A stretch of 64,000 bases of DNA from Spirochaetia bacterium (lineage in GTDB: Bacteria > Spirochaetota > Spirochaetia > SZUA-6 > Bin103). The stretch covers positions 512,001 through 576,000 of the forward strand of contig CBDBOV010000005.1 of NCBI GenBank assembly GCA_965208575.1. The letters run 5' to 3'. Under the pieces are notes generated by a model. It saw only the letters and a list, made by a program, of their open reading frames with translations, was not told the DNA's origin and searched no databases. Positions 19,283 through 28,605 of this stretch are shown here, piece after piece; position 1 is the stretch's first letter; each line of letters starts with the position of its first letter. The position numbers and the translations under genes are program-made.

Positions 19283-21061
19283 ATGCGGATATCGAGAATC
19301 CAGATTCAGAACTTTCGGAACTTCAAGGCTCTCGATGTTTGTCTGGGGCGCAGCACGGTGATCGTCGGCGAGAATAAGATCGGAAAGACGAACCTGCTGC
19401 ACGCGATTCGGCTCGTCCTTGACCCGTCGTTGCCTGACACTGCGCGGCAGTTGAGGGATGAGGACTTCTGGGACGGGCTACCGCGGCCGGTAGCTCGGGA
19501 ACAAAAGATTACGGTCTCGATTGATCTGGCGGAGTTTGAGGAGGACGAGAACCAAGTTGCATTGCTGTGTGAGCATCTAGTGGAGCCTGAGCCAATGGTT
19601 GCTCGATTGACGTATGTCTTTCAGTGTTTAGACACCGTCGAGGGCGAGCCTACCAAGGAGTCCGACTACGAGTTTTTCCTCTACGGTGGAGATAGGCCAG
19701 AAAGCCGTCTGGATTTTGGTCTTAGGCACCGTCTACCTCTTGATTTGTTGCCGGCACTTCGCGACGCTGAGGGCGACCTTGGAAGCTGGCGACGTTCTCC
19801 TCTACGCCCGCTCCTCGACGGTGTGGGCGGACGTATTAGTCGGGACGAACTTAGGACGCTTTCCGAGAACATTTCCGCAGCTACCGAAGCTGTGGCGCAG
19901 AACGAGGAAGTGAAGGGCCTCGTCCAGGCTATCAATACTCGCGTGGCCGATATGGTGGGTTCCAATCACTCTGTGGAGACAGAACTCGGCTTTTCTCCGG
20001 GTGATCCAGGGCGGCTGTTGCGAGCGTTGCGCCTGTTCATAGATGGGAGAAGGCGCGAGATCGGAGCTGCAAGCCTGGGATCAACGAACGTGCTCTACCT
20101 CACGCTTAAGGCTCTCGGACTTGATCAAGCAGTCGCGGATGGACAGCGCCATCACACGTTTCTGGCAATAGAGGAGCCGGAGGCGCACCTGCATCCTCAT
20201 CTTCAGCGACTCGTCTACCGCGACTTTCTTCGTTCTGAGGAGCAGCAAGACGACCCACGACCAATAACGGTCATCCTCACGACGCACTCACCGCACATTG
20301 TGAGCGTCGCGCCGCTGCACTCCCTTGTCCTGCTGCGCAAGGCGAGTGATGGCCAGAGTAGCGAGGGTGTATCGACGGCCCAACTAGAACTCACGCCTGA
20401 AGTTGTGGCCGACCTAGAGCGATATCTTGACGTTACTCGCGGCGAAATGCTCTTCGCTAAGGGCGTGCTTCTTGTCGAAGGTGACGCCGAGCGTTTCCTT
20501 CTGCCCTCTCTTGCCAATGCTAATGGGATCGATTTCGACGAGCTCGGGATTACCGTATGCTCCGTAGCGGGTACGAATTTTTTGCCTTACATGGAGTTGC
20601 TCGGTGACTGCGGGTTGCAGATCCCTGTAGCTGTCGTGACAGATGGAGATCCGGTAGACGACGGGAAGAAGCGTGGAGAGGCTCGAGTCCGAAGGCTACT
20701 CAAGGCTATCGTTGCACCGGAGGATTTGGACGGACGCACGAGAAGTCAGAGGCTGTGTATGGCAAGGGAACGAGGGCTCTTCGTTGGAGAACACACTTGT
20801 GAGATAGACCTGTTTCGGAGTGGCCTCCATGACGAGATCAGTCAGACACTGTTCGATCTCGCTCCGGGCGACGCTGTAAGGACTAGGGCGCAGCAATGGC
20901 AGGCCGAGCCAGATAGTGTGGATCCGGCTCGGCTTATGAAGGACATAACTGCGATCGGGAAGGGTCGCTTTGCGCAACACTTATCGACGCAGATCACCGC
21001 TGGGGTGTGGCCAGACTACATTGGAGAAGCCGTGACGTATGTCCGCAATCGCTGCCGTTAG
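19283..21061 (+). CDS. gajA: Gabija GajA-like OLD family ABC-ATPase/TOPRIM nuclease
   Basis: IQNFRNF, GENKIGKT, IEEPEAHLHP, TTHSP, TOPRIM VEGDAE and VTDGD; overlaps a UvrD gene. Confidence 0.85.
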   Translation: MRISRIQIQNFRNFKALDVCLGRSTVIVGENKIGKTNLLHAIRLVLDPSLPDTARQLRDEDFWDGLPRPVAREQKITVSIDLAEFEEDENQVALLCEHLVEPEPMVARLTYVFQCLDTVEGEPTKESDYEFFLYGGDRPESRLDFGLRHRLPLDLLPALRDAEGDLGSWRRSPLRPLLDGVGGRISRDELRTLSENISAATEAVAQNEEVKGLVQAINTRVADMVGSNHSVETELGFSPGDPGRLLRALRLFIDGRRREIGAASLGSTNVLYLTLKALGLDQAVADGQRHHTFLAIEEPEAHLHPHLQRLVYRDFLRSEEQQDDPRPITVILTTHSPHIVSVAPLHSLVLLRKASDGQSSEGVSTAQLELTPEVVADLERYLDVTRGEMLFAKGVLLVEGDAERFLLPSLANANGIDFDELGITVCSVAGTNFLPYMELLGDCGLQIPVAVVTDGDPVDDGKKRGEARVRRLLKAIVAPEDLDGRTRSQRLCMARERGLFVGEHTCEIDLFRSGLHDEISQTLFDLAPGDAVRTRAQQWQAEPDSVDPARLMKDITAIGKGRFAQHLSTQITAGVWPDYIGEAVTYVRNRCR

Positions 21062-22865
21062 ACCATCATCCACGTACCGGTATGCCGTCGAGGAGCTTCG
21101 AGGAAACCCCGGTCAGTGGCAGGCCTACAATGCCGTACGGCACTGCGCTGTACTTGCGGGCCCGGGCAGCGGCAAGACGAAGACACTCACGGTGAAGATT
21201 GCGAAATTGCTGGTCGAGAGCGTCCGGGAGCCACGCGGGTTGGCTTGTATCACCTACAATTCGGAGTGCGCACGCGAGCTAGTGACCAGACTCGAACGGT
21301 TAGGAGTCTATAGAGCTGACCACGTCTTCATCGGTACCGTTCACTCGTTCTGCCTCAGGAGGGTATTGATCCCCTACGTCGCTCTATCGGCGATCGAACT
21401 TCCGCAGGACTTCCGGGTAGCACAACCGAGTGAACAGGATACCCTATTCGGCCGAGCAGTCGAACTGGCAATCGGCGCGGACGAGCCACCGGGGCGCTGG
21501 AGGACACGAGCCGATGAGTACCGGCGCACGCACCTCGATCGAAGCTCCGACGAGTGGCAGGAGGACGAGCAGCTCGCATCACTCGTCGCCGAATACGAGT
21601 GCCTGTTGCGACAACGCGGGATGATCGACTTCGACGATATGGTGCTGTTGGGGCTGAGACTGATTGAGTCGCAGCGCTGGGTGCGAAGGGCGCTCCACGC
21701 GAAGTTCCCGTTCATCATCGTGGACGAATACCAAGATCTGGGCGTTCCACTTCATCGGATCGTGCGGAGCCTGTGCTTTCAAGCTGGTTCGTGTCTGTTT
21801 GCTGTTGGTGACCCTGATCAGTCGATCTATGGTTTCAACGGAGCTCGTCCCGAGCTACTTCGCCGCTTGGCTGATTCGCCACGCGTGGAGTCGATTCGTT
21901 TGCCGTTCAACTACCGCAGTGGTCCTACGATTGTCCGGGCCTCGGAAGTCGCCCTAGGTGAGGTGCGAGGCTACGAAGCACGAGGTGTTGGCAGGGGAAC
22001 TGTCGACCTACACGAGCGTCGGGGCGGTCTTCGAGACCAAGCACGGTACATCTGTGGGCAACTGATTCCAAATGCGATGGAGCGCGTCGAAGGCTTGCGG
22101 ATCGGTGATGTTGCTGTGCTCTATCTGGACAAGAATGACGGAGACGTGATTGCTGGGGTGGCAAGCGAGCATCGTGTTCCAACCATGAGAATAGACAGGG
22201 GCGCCCCCTACCCGAAGGCGCCGTTGACACGGTGGTTAGAAGACTGTGCCGCGTGGTGTGGAGGTGGCTGGAAGGTTGGCGCCCCCAGGTTGTCGTCCCT
22301 CCTGGCTACCTGGGCCTCGATCGTGAGGATCCCTGTCTCGTCTGATGCGCGATGGCATCACCACAAGGTGTGCTTGGTGCGCTTCCTTTTGTCGCATCGG
22401 AGTGGCGAGCTACCGCTTCGGGATTGGCTGACGAGGTTCTGGAAGGATTGTCTTGGTACACTCGACTCGGACACTACGCTGCGCGACGAGCGGGATGTGC
22501 TGGCGAGCGTCACCGAGGCCTCCAAAGTCAACGGCGCTATCGGCGAATGGAACGTGCGTCTCTTTGGTGGACAGGGCGGTTCGCCCGATCACTTGAATCT
22601 CATCACTCTGCACAGTGCGAAGGGGCTGGAATTCAGAGTTGTCGTCATGATGGGTATGGAACAGGGAAGAATTCCGCGCTGGGACGCTAGCGAACAGAAA
22701 AAGCGCGAAGAGCGCCGGCTGTTTTATGTCGGCCTCAGCCGGGCCAAGGACGAAGTCCACTTGACCTACTCGGGCTGGACAGCGAACCAGTATGGCCGCC
22801 GGTTCTGGAACGGTCCGTCTGAATTCCTTGTGGAAATTCGTGATAGCCTCCTGACGGACGTGTAA
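21039..22865 (+). CDS. gajB: Gabija GajB-like UvrD/SF1 helicase
   Basis: AGPGSGKT, GTVHSF, VDEYQD, VGDPDQSIYGF, NYRS, TLHSAKGLEF, EERRLFYVGLSRA. Confidence 0.85.
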   Translation: MSAIAAVRPSSTYRYAVEELRGNPGQWQAYNAVRHCAVLAGPGSGKTKTLTVKIAKLLVESVREPRGLACITYNSECARELVTRLERLGVYRADHVFIGTVHSFCLRRVLIPYVALSAIELPQDFRVAQPSEQDTLFGRAVELAIGADEPPGRWRTRADEYRRTHLDRSSDEWQEDEQLASLVAEYECLLRQRGMIDFDDMVLLGLRLIESQRWVRRALHAKFPFIIVDEYQDLGVPLHRIVRSLCFQAGSCLFAVGDPDQSIYGFNGARPELLRRLADSPRVESIRLPFNYRSGPTIVRASEVALGEVRGYEARGVGRGTVDLHERRGGLRDQARYICGQLIPNAMERVEGLRIGDVAVLYLDKNDGDVIAGVASEHRVPTMRIDRGAPYPKAPLTRWLEDCAAWCGGGWKVGAPRLSSLLATWASIVRIPVSSDARWHHHKVCLVRFLLSHRSGELPLRDWLTRFWKDCLGTLDSDTTLRDERDVLASVTEASKVNGAIGEWNVRLFGGQGGSPDHLNLITLHSAKGLEFRVVVMMGMEQGRIPRWDASEQKKREERRLFYVGLSRAKDEVHLTYSGWTANQYGRRFWNGPSEFLVEIRDSLLTDV

Positions 22866-23066
22866 CCTTGAACTATGATGGGCGATGCGTACCTAGCGTG
22901 GTTTCGGGTTGGCAAATGACTGCATCCCCGGCCATTACTTGTGGTGTAGTATTGGTTCACGGTCACGCGTTGGGGGCAGGGTGGGTATGCCGTAGGGTGT
23001 CTAGTACAGGGCTTACAGACGAGTGAACGAGCGACGGAGGCTCCGTTCGAAGGGAGTAGCGCGACG

Positions 23067-25139
23067 ATGAGGGATGGCGAGTTGAACTGGATCGCGAATT
23101 ACATCTGGGGTATCGCCGACGATGTGCTGCGCGACCTCTACGTGCGTGGTAAGTACCGGGATGTGATCCTGCCGATGACGGTGCTTCGCCGCCTCGACGC
23201 GGTGCTGGAAGGCACCAAGCGGGACGTCCTAGACATGAAGGCTTCGCTCGACGCCGCCGAAGTGGTGGAGCAGGACCCGGCGCTACGACAGGCGGCAGGC
23301 CAAGCGTTCTACAACACCTCCCGATTCACCTTGCGCGACCTGCGCGCCCGTGCCAACCGCCAGCAGCTCACCGCCGACTTCACGGTGTACCTCGACGGGT
23401 TTTCGCCCACTGTGCAGGACATTCTCGACAACTTCGAGTTCCGCAACCAGATCCCACGGCTGTCCCGCGCCGACGCCCTGGGCACCCTGATCGAGAAGCT
23501 CACCTCGCCCGACATCAACCTGAGCCCCGACCCGGTGCGCCACGCCGACGGCTCGGTCAAGCATCCCGGCCTCGACAACCACGGCATGGGCACGATCTTC
23601 GAGGAGCTGGTGCGGCGCTTCAACGAGGAGAACAACGAGGAGGCGGGCGAGCACTGGACCCCGCGCGACGCCGTGCGGTTGATGGCGAAGCTGGTCTTCC
23701 TGCCCATCGCCGACCAGATCAGCTCCGGGACCTACCTGCTGTACGACGGCGCCTGCGGCACGGGCGGCATGCTGACCGTGGCCGAGCAGACGCTGCAGGA
23801 ACTCGTCGCCGAGCGTGATAAGGAGGTTGCCACCCACCTGTACGGCCAGGAGATCAACGCCGAGACCTACGCCATCTGCAAGGCAGACCTGCTGCTGAAG
23901 GGTGAGGGCGAGGCCGCCGACAACATAGTCGGAGGCCCCGAGCATTCCACCCTGTTCAAGGACGCCTTCCCGTCGCACGAGTTCGACTTCATGCTCTCCA
24001 ATCCGCCCTACGGCAAGAGCTGGAAGACCGATTTGGAGCGCATGGGCGGCAAGCGCGACATGCGCGACCCCCGTTTCGTGATCGAGCACGCCGGCGACCC
24101 CGAGTACTCCCTGGTGACCCGCTCCAGCGACGGCCAGATGCTGTTCCTGGCCAACAAGCTTTCCAAGATGAAGCACGGCACCGCGCTCGGCAGCCGCATC
24201 GCCGAGGTACACAACGGCAGTTCGCTGTTCACCGGCGCCGCCGGTCAGGGCGAGAGCAACATCCGCCGCTGGATCATCGAGAACGACTGGCTGGAGGCGA
24301 TCGTCGCCCTGCCGCTCAACATGTTCTACAACACCGGCATCGCCACCTACGTCTGGGTGCTCACCAACCGCAAGCCCGAGCATCGCCGCGGCAAGGTGCA
24401 GCTCATCGACGCCACGGGCTGGCACCGTCCGCTGCGCAAGAATCTGGGCAAGAAGAACTGCGAGCTCGGCGAGGAGGACATCACCCGAATCTGCGATACC
24501 TTCCTCGCGTTTGAGGAGACGGAGCAGAGCAAGATCTTCGACAATGACACCTTCGGCTACTGGAGGGTCACGGTGGAGCGTCCCCTGCGAATTGAAGGAG
24601 CCGACCCCAACCGCCCCTATAAGGCCGCCGAGATCAAGAAACTCAAGGAAACCGGCGAGCGTAGCGAGACGGCGCCGCCGATCATCAGGAAGATCCACAA
24701 GCGAGGCATCGACGCTGATCCACTACACGGCCGGTTCGCAGCCTCCGTCGACGGAAAGCCGGCCGTTGTGGAGTACGAGCCCGACACCGAGATGCGCGAC
24801 ACCGAGCAGATCCCTCTGCAGGAGGCTGGTGGCATCGAAGCCTTCCTGAGGTGCGAGGTCCTGCCCTACGCCTCTGACGCTTGGTACCGGCCGGACAGCG
24901 TGCAAACCGGCTACGAGATCAGCTTCACCCGCTACTTCTATAAACCAAAACCCATGCGTACTCTGGTAGAGATACGTGCTGATATCCTCGCGCTGGAGCG
25001 AGAAACGGAGGGACTGCTGACAGACATCCTAGCACTTGAGCCGGGCATGTCGGAACTTGCGCCCCATCTGGGTGTACAACCACGTAAACGGACGCAAGGG
25101 TTGCCCCGTCATCGACATTCAGACTTGGGAACTGAGTGA
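23067..25139 (+). CDS. hsdM: Type I RM methyltransferase subunit (intact)
   Basis: IWGIADDVLR, AGEHWTPRDAV, YDGACGTGGML, YGQEIN, SNPPYG (N6-adenine motif IV), FYNTGIATY, GYEISFTRYFY. Confidence 0.95.
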   Translation: MRDGELNWIANYIWGIADDVLRDLYVRGKYRDVILPMTVLRRLDAVLEGTKRDVLDMKASLDAAEVVEQDPALRQAAGQAFYNTSRFTLRDLRARANRQQLTADFTVYLDGFSPTVQDILDNFEFRNQIPRLSRADALGTLIEKLTSPDINLSPDPVRHADGSVKHPGLDNHGMGTIFEELVRRFNEENNEEAGEHWTPRDAVRLMAKLVFLPIADQISSGTYLLYDGACGTGGMLTVAEQTLQELVAERDKEVATHLYGQEINAETYAICKADLLLKGEGEAADNIVGGPEHSTLFKDAFPSHEFDFMLSNPPYGKSWKTDLERMGGKRDMRDPRFVIEHAGDPEYSLVTRSSDGQMLFLANKLSKMKHGTALGSRIAEVHNGSSLFTGAAGQGESNIRRWIIENDWLEAIVALPLNMFYNTGIATYVWVLTNRKPEHRRGKVQLIDATGWHRPLRKNLGKKNCELGEEDITRICDTFLAFEETEQSKIFDNDTFGYWRVTVERPLRIEGADPNRPYKAAEIKKLKETGERSETAPPIIRKIHKRGIDADPLHGRFAASVDGKPAVVEYEPDTEMRDTEQIPLQEAGGIEAFLRCEVLPYASDAWYRPDSVQTGYEISFTRYFYKPKPMRTLVEIRADILALERETEGLLTDILALEPGMSELAPHLGVQPRKRTQGLPRHRHSDLGTE

Positions 25140-25420
25140 TGAAGCCTGAGCCTTCCACCGAGCGCTTCGATTGCGTTGGCTACACGCGTGACGTCCGCGA
25201 CCGAATCGGCGCCGAGATCGCGACGATGGACGACGGCGAGTTGACGCGATGCCTGCGCGGCACCCGGCCCCCGTCGCCCAATTACTCGCGCCAGACGAGA
25301 GTCTGGAGGATGGGCGTCCAGAACGGTATGATCACGATGATCGAGATCATCTTTGAACTCGCCCGGCTGCACTTCGAGCGGCTTCGGGAGCCGGATCGAA
25401 GCATCCCGACAGTCAACTAG
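25136..25420 (+). CDS. Small hypothetical protein (possibly a remnant)
   Basis: 94-aa ORF overlapping the hsdM stop (GTGA) and ending 12 nt before the PRTase-like gene. No motif recognised. Confidence 0.35.
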   Translation: MMKPEPSTERFDCVGYTRDVRDRIGAEIATMDDGELTRCLRGTRPPSPNYSRQTRVWRMGVQNGMITMIEIIFELARLHFERLREPDRSIPTVN

Positions 25421-25432
25421 AGGAACACCGCT

Positions 25433-26443
25433 TTGAAGCCCCGGCGTGATTTGCTGGAATCCATCGCTGACACCATCAAAGACTACCGCGTCGATGACCT
25501 TCCAGAGCCGACGCCGGACCATGTCGACAAGTGGATCCGTCAGTTCGAGCCGGATGTCCAGCGACCGATGTTGCACGAGATGGATCATGTTCTGCGCCAG
25601 ACCTACTTCTCGAAAGCGGCCGTACTCGGGATTTTCGAGAGAGTGATCAAGAACGTCGAGCTGACCAACGGCGATCCTCATGGATTCTGGCGTTCAGCCC
25701 ACCTGCTCGATATTCAGCAGGACGGGAACAGCCAAGCTGATATTCGGCGACTGTTCTGCGACGCCGTCAAGCGACAGTGGGGCCTAACCACAGGTGCCGG
25801 TGAATGCGTGTTCGTGTACCTGGACGACGTGCTATTCAGTGGGAGTCGGATAGGGAACGATCTATCGGCCTGGATCACCGGTGAGTCCCCCTCGGCCGCG
25901 ACTGTACATGTGGTGGTGATCGCTGCGCACCGTTTCGGGGAGTGGAAGTGCCGAGAGCGGCTCAAGAAGGCTGCGAGCGATGTGGGCAAGCGGGTGCAGT
26001 TTCACTTCTGGTCAGCGTTGCTTATTGAAAATCGACTCTCGTACCGCAACGTATCGGAGGTACTATGGCCCGTAACTGTTCCGAACGACGACGCCCTGTC
26101 GGCGTACCTCGCAGAGGAAACGAGATTTCCCTTCAGGCCGCGAGTGCCCGGCGGACAGTCCGAACATCGGATATTTTCTTCAGAAGAGGGGCGTCAGTTG
26201 TTGGAGAGGGAGCTGTTGCTTGCCGGAATCCAAATCCGGTCATTGAGCCAGCATCCAAGTCCGGCGATGCGGCCGCTGGGATTCAGCCCGTTCGGCCTCG
26301 GCTTTGGCTCTACGATCGTAACCTACCGCAATTGCCCGAACAACGCACCGCTGGCGCTCTGGTGGGGTGATCCCGAGGCTGACCAGAATCATCCCTTTTC
26401 CGGGTGGTGGCCGCTCGTGCAGCGTAAAGCCTATGCACGGTAG
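25433..26443 (+). CDS. Phosphoribosyltransferase-like protein (conflict-system type)
   Basis: PRPP-binding-loop-like FVYLDDVLFSGSRI, QQDGNSQ, C-terminal YRNCPNNAPLALWW and WWPLVQRK; GAGG RBS before a TTG start. Confidence 0.75.
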   Translation: MKPRRDLLESIADTIKDYRVDDLPEPTPDHVDKWIRQFEPDVQRPMLHEMDHVLRQTYFSKAAVLGIFERVIKNVELTNGDPHGFWRSAHLLDIQQDGNSQADIRRLFCDAVKRQWGLTTGAGECVFVYLDDVLFSGSRIGNDLSAWITGESPSAATVHVVVIAAHRFGEWKCRERLKKAASDVGKRVQFHFWSALLIENRLSYRNVSEVLWPVTVPNDDALSAYLAEETRFPFRPRVPGGQSEHRIFSSEEGRQLLERELLLAGIQIRSLSQHPSPAMRPLGFSPFGLGFGSTIVTYRNCPNNAPLALWWGDPEADQNHPFSGWWPLVQRKAYAR

Positions 26444-26449
26444 AGAGGT

Positions 26450-28564
26450 ATGATGGTACCTAGCGCATCGGCTGCGCTTCACCGCCAGAAACGTACGTAT
26501 GACCGCACGAATAGCGTTGTGTTCCTCAAAACGAGGGAGCGGTACGGCGGTCTGTCGAATATGGCCGGTGGGTTTCCCCTACGGGTGAACGGCCTGCGCA
26601 TTCTCACCTCTGAAGCGCTCTATCAAGCGTGTCGGTTTCCGCACCGGCCCGATCTGCAGCGGATGGTCATCGAGCAGCGTAGTCCGATGACGGCCAAGAT
26701 GAAGAGCAAGCCACACAGATATGAGACGCGGCGGGACTGGAACCGAGTGCGTGTCGCCATCATGCGTTGGTGCCTGCGCGTCAAGCTCGCACAGAATGCC
26801 GCCGCGTTCCGCAATCTGCTGTTGAGCACCGGAGACCTCGCGATCGTAGAGGAATCCCGAAGGGACGACTTCTGGGGAGCGAATCCTATAGACGAAAATA
26901 GGCTCGTCGGTGTGAACGCGCTCGGGCGGTTGCTGATGGAGTTACGGGAACTGGTCAAGAGCGAGCCTCAAGACAGCCTGCTGGACGTAGACCTCCCGTC
27001 AATACCCCATTTTCTGCTCGACGGGCGCCCTATTCAGCGGATTTTTTCCGGACGGGTGTGTGGCAGAGGCAAAGAGAAGGGAGATCCCCCGGCTTCGGCC
27101 GAGCAGCTTCGCACCGTAGACTCGAAGGTAGCGTCGTCACTTCTGAACTCCGCGATACCAACGGACTCTTCGCCCGCACGGAAGGATTCGCCGGAACATC
27201 GGAAGGAGGACGATCTGGCGCCTTCGGGTACGTATGCGGGCTACAAGAACTCCGGCGTCGAGTGGTTGGGAGAGGTGCCGACTCATTGGGACGTGCTGAG
27301 AGTCAAGGCATGGCTGGGCGTCAACCAACTGGTGCTGCCGGAAGACACCGATCCAGACTACACGTTCGACTACGTGGACATCGGGTCTGTGACGACCGGG
27401 CAGCTCTCGGCAAGACCCGAACGAATTCGTTTCGGAGACGCACCGTCTCGCGCTAGGCGCGTGGTCAGGCCCGGCGACACGCTTTTTTCGACAGTGAGGA
27501 CCTATCTGAAGGCGGTCTGGCATGTGGAACACTTGCGTACCGATCTGATCGCGTCAACTGGTTTCGCAGTATTTACGCCGCGGCACGGCACGGTCCCGAA
27601 GTTCACGAGCTACTTCTTCCAGAGTAATCCGTTCACAGACCGCGTAGCGGCTGAGTCAGTGGGAATGGCTTATCCAGCCATTGCCGAGGCGAGATTGGGG
27701 ACGCTCGAAGTGTGTGTGCCGCCTTTCGCGGAGCAAGCTGAGATCGTCGGCTTCCTCGACGACGCCGACCGGCACATTCGGCGCTACATCCGTGCCAAGC
27801 AGAAGTTGATCGTACTGCTGGAGGAGCAGAAGCAGGTCCTCATCCACGAGGCCGTCACCGGGAGGATCGACGTGCGGACAGGGCGACCGTATCCGTCCTA
27901 TAAGGACTCGGAGATCAAGTGGTTGGGGGCGGTGCCTACGCATTGGCAAGTACGCGCAGCAAAGTGGTACTTCCGGGAGTCCAACCACCGATCGGATACC
28001 GGTTCCGAGGAACTTCTATCTGTGTCACACATTACAGGTGTGACGCCGCGCAGTGGTAAGAGGAATGTCTCGATGTTCAAGGCTGAGTCGAACGTAGGGT
28101 ATAAGTTATGTGCGCCTGGCGACATTGTAGTGAATACGATGTGGGCTTGGATGTCCGCTTTGGGGATTGCCAGACAAAGCGGTATCGTCAGCCCGTCATA
28201 CGCTGTCTATCGCCCACGCGTGTCTTCGACGCTGAACGGAGAGTATGTCGACCTTTTGCTACGCACCGCGCCATACCAGAACGAGTACGTATGTAGGTCC
28301 ACTGGCATTCACTCTTCCCGATTAAGGTTGTATCCGGAGGACTTCTTGCGCATTCGGCTTCTTTGTCCGCCGGCGGAGGAGCAAGGCTCCATCGTTGATT
28401 TCGTCAATCGGGCATCAGACGTCACCGTTCGGTACATTGACCGTACATGCGACGAAATCGCTCGTCTTGAAGAGTACTGGGAACGCCTGATCGTCGATGT
28501 CGTCACGGGGAAGTTCGATGTTCGGGGGGCCACGGCTGAAATGAGGACGCTTGTTCAATTCTGA
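26450..28564 (+). CDS. hsdS: Fusion of an N-terminal NADAR (YbiA/DUF1768) domain to a complete type I RM specificity subunit
   Basis: aa ~20-170 NADAR: GGLSNM, TSEALYQA, DWN, KLAQN, LLLSTG, IVEES..DDFWG, GVNALGRLLMELR. Low-complexity linker at aa ~195-255. HsdS: YKNSGVEWLGEVPTHW-TRD1-PPFAEQ...AVTG, then YKDSEIKWLGAVPTHW-TRD2-PPAEEQ...DVVTGKFDVR. One uninterrupted frame. Confidence 0.9.
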   Translation: MMVPSASAALHRQKRTYDRTNSVVFLKTRERYGGLSNMAGGFPLRVNGLRILTSEALYQACRFPHRPDLQRMVIEQRSPMTAKMKSKPHRYETRRDWNRVRVAIMRWCLRVKLAQNAAAFRNLLLSTGDLAIVEESRRDDFWGANPIDENRLVGVNALGRLLMELRELVKSEPQDSLLDVDLPSIPHFLLDGRPIQRIFSGRVCGRGKEKGDPPASAEQLRTVDSKVASSLLNSAIPTDSSPARKDSPEHRKEDDLAPSGTYAGYKNSGVEWLGEVPTHWDVLRVKAWLGVNQLVLPEDTDPDYTFDYVDIGSVTTGQLSARPERIRFGDAPSRARRVVRPGDTLFSTVRTYLKAVWHVEHLRTDLIASTGFAVFTPRHGTVPKFTSYFFQSNPFTDRVAAESVGMAYPAIAEARLGTLEVCVPPFAEQAEIVGFLDDADRHIRRYIRAKQKLIVLLEEQKQVLIHEAVTGRIDVRTGRPYPSYKDSEIKWLGAVPTHWQVRAAKWYFRESNHRSDTGSEELLSVSHITGVTPRSGKRNVSMFKAESNVGYKLCAPGDIVVNTMWAWMSALGIARQSGIVSPSYAVYRPRVSSTLNGEYVDLLLRTAPYQNEYVCRSTGIHSSRLRLYPEDFLRIRLLCPPAEEQGSIVDFVNRASDVTVRYIDRTCDEIARLEEYWERLIVDVVTGKFDVRGATAEMRTLVQF

Positions 28565-28605
28565 GGAACCGGCTGACAAGTAAGCAATCGACCAGGAGGC
28601 GAAGT

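Noticed and set aside
26450-27000. DarTG1 (DarT1-NADAR) system
   Set aside because: The upstream gene has a PRTase-type DD-x-x-x-SG loop and no recognisable DarT ADP-ribosyltransferase motifs, and there is no darT in the window.
26450-28564. Phase-variable hsdS shufflon
   Set aside because: There is only one hsdS with TRDs, no silent TRD cassettes, no inverted repeats noticed and no invertase.
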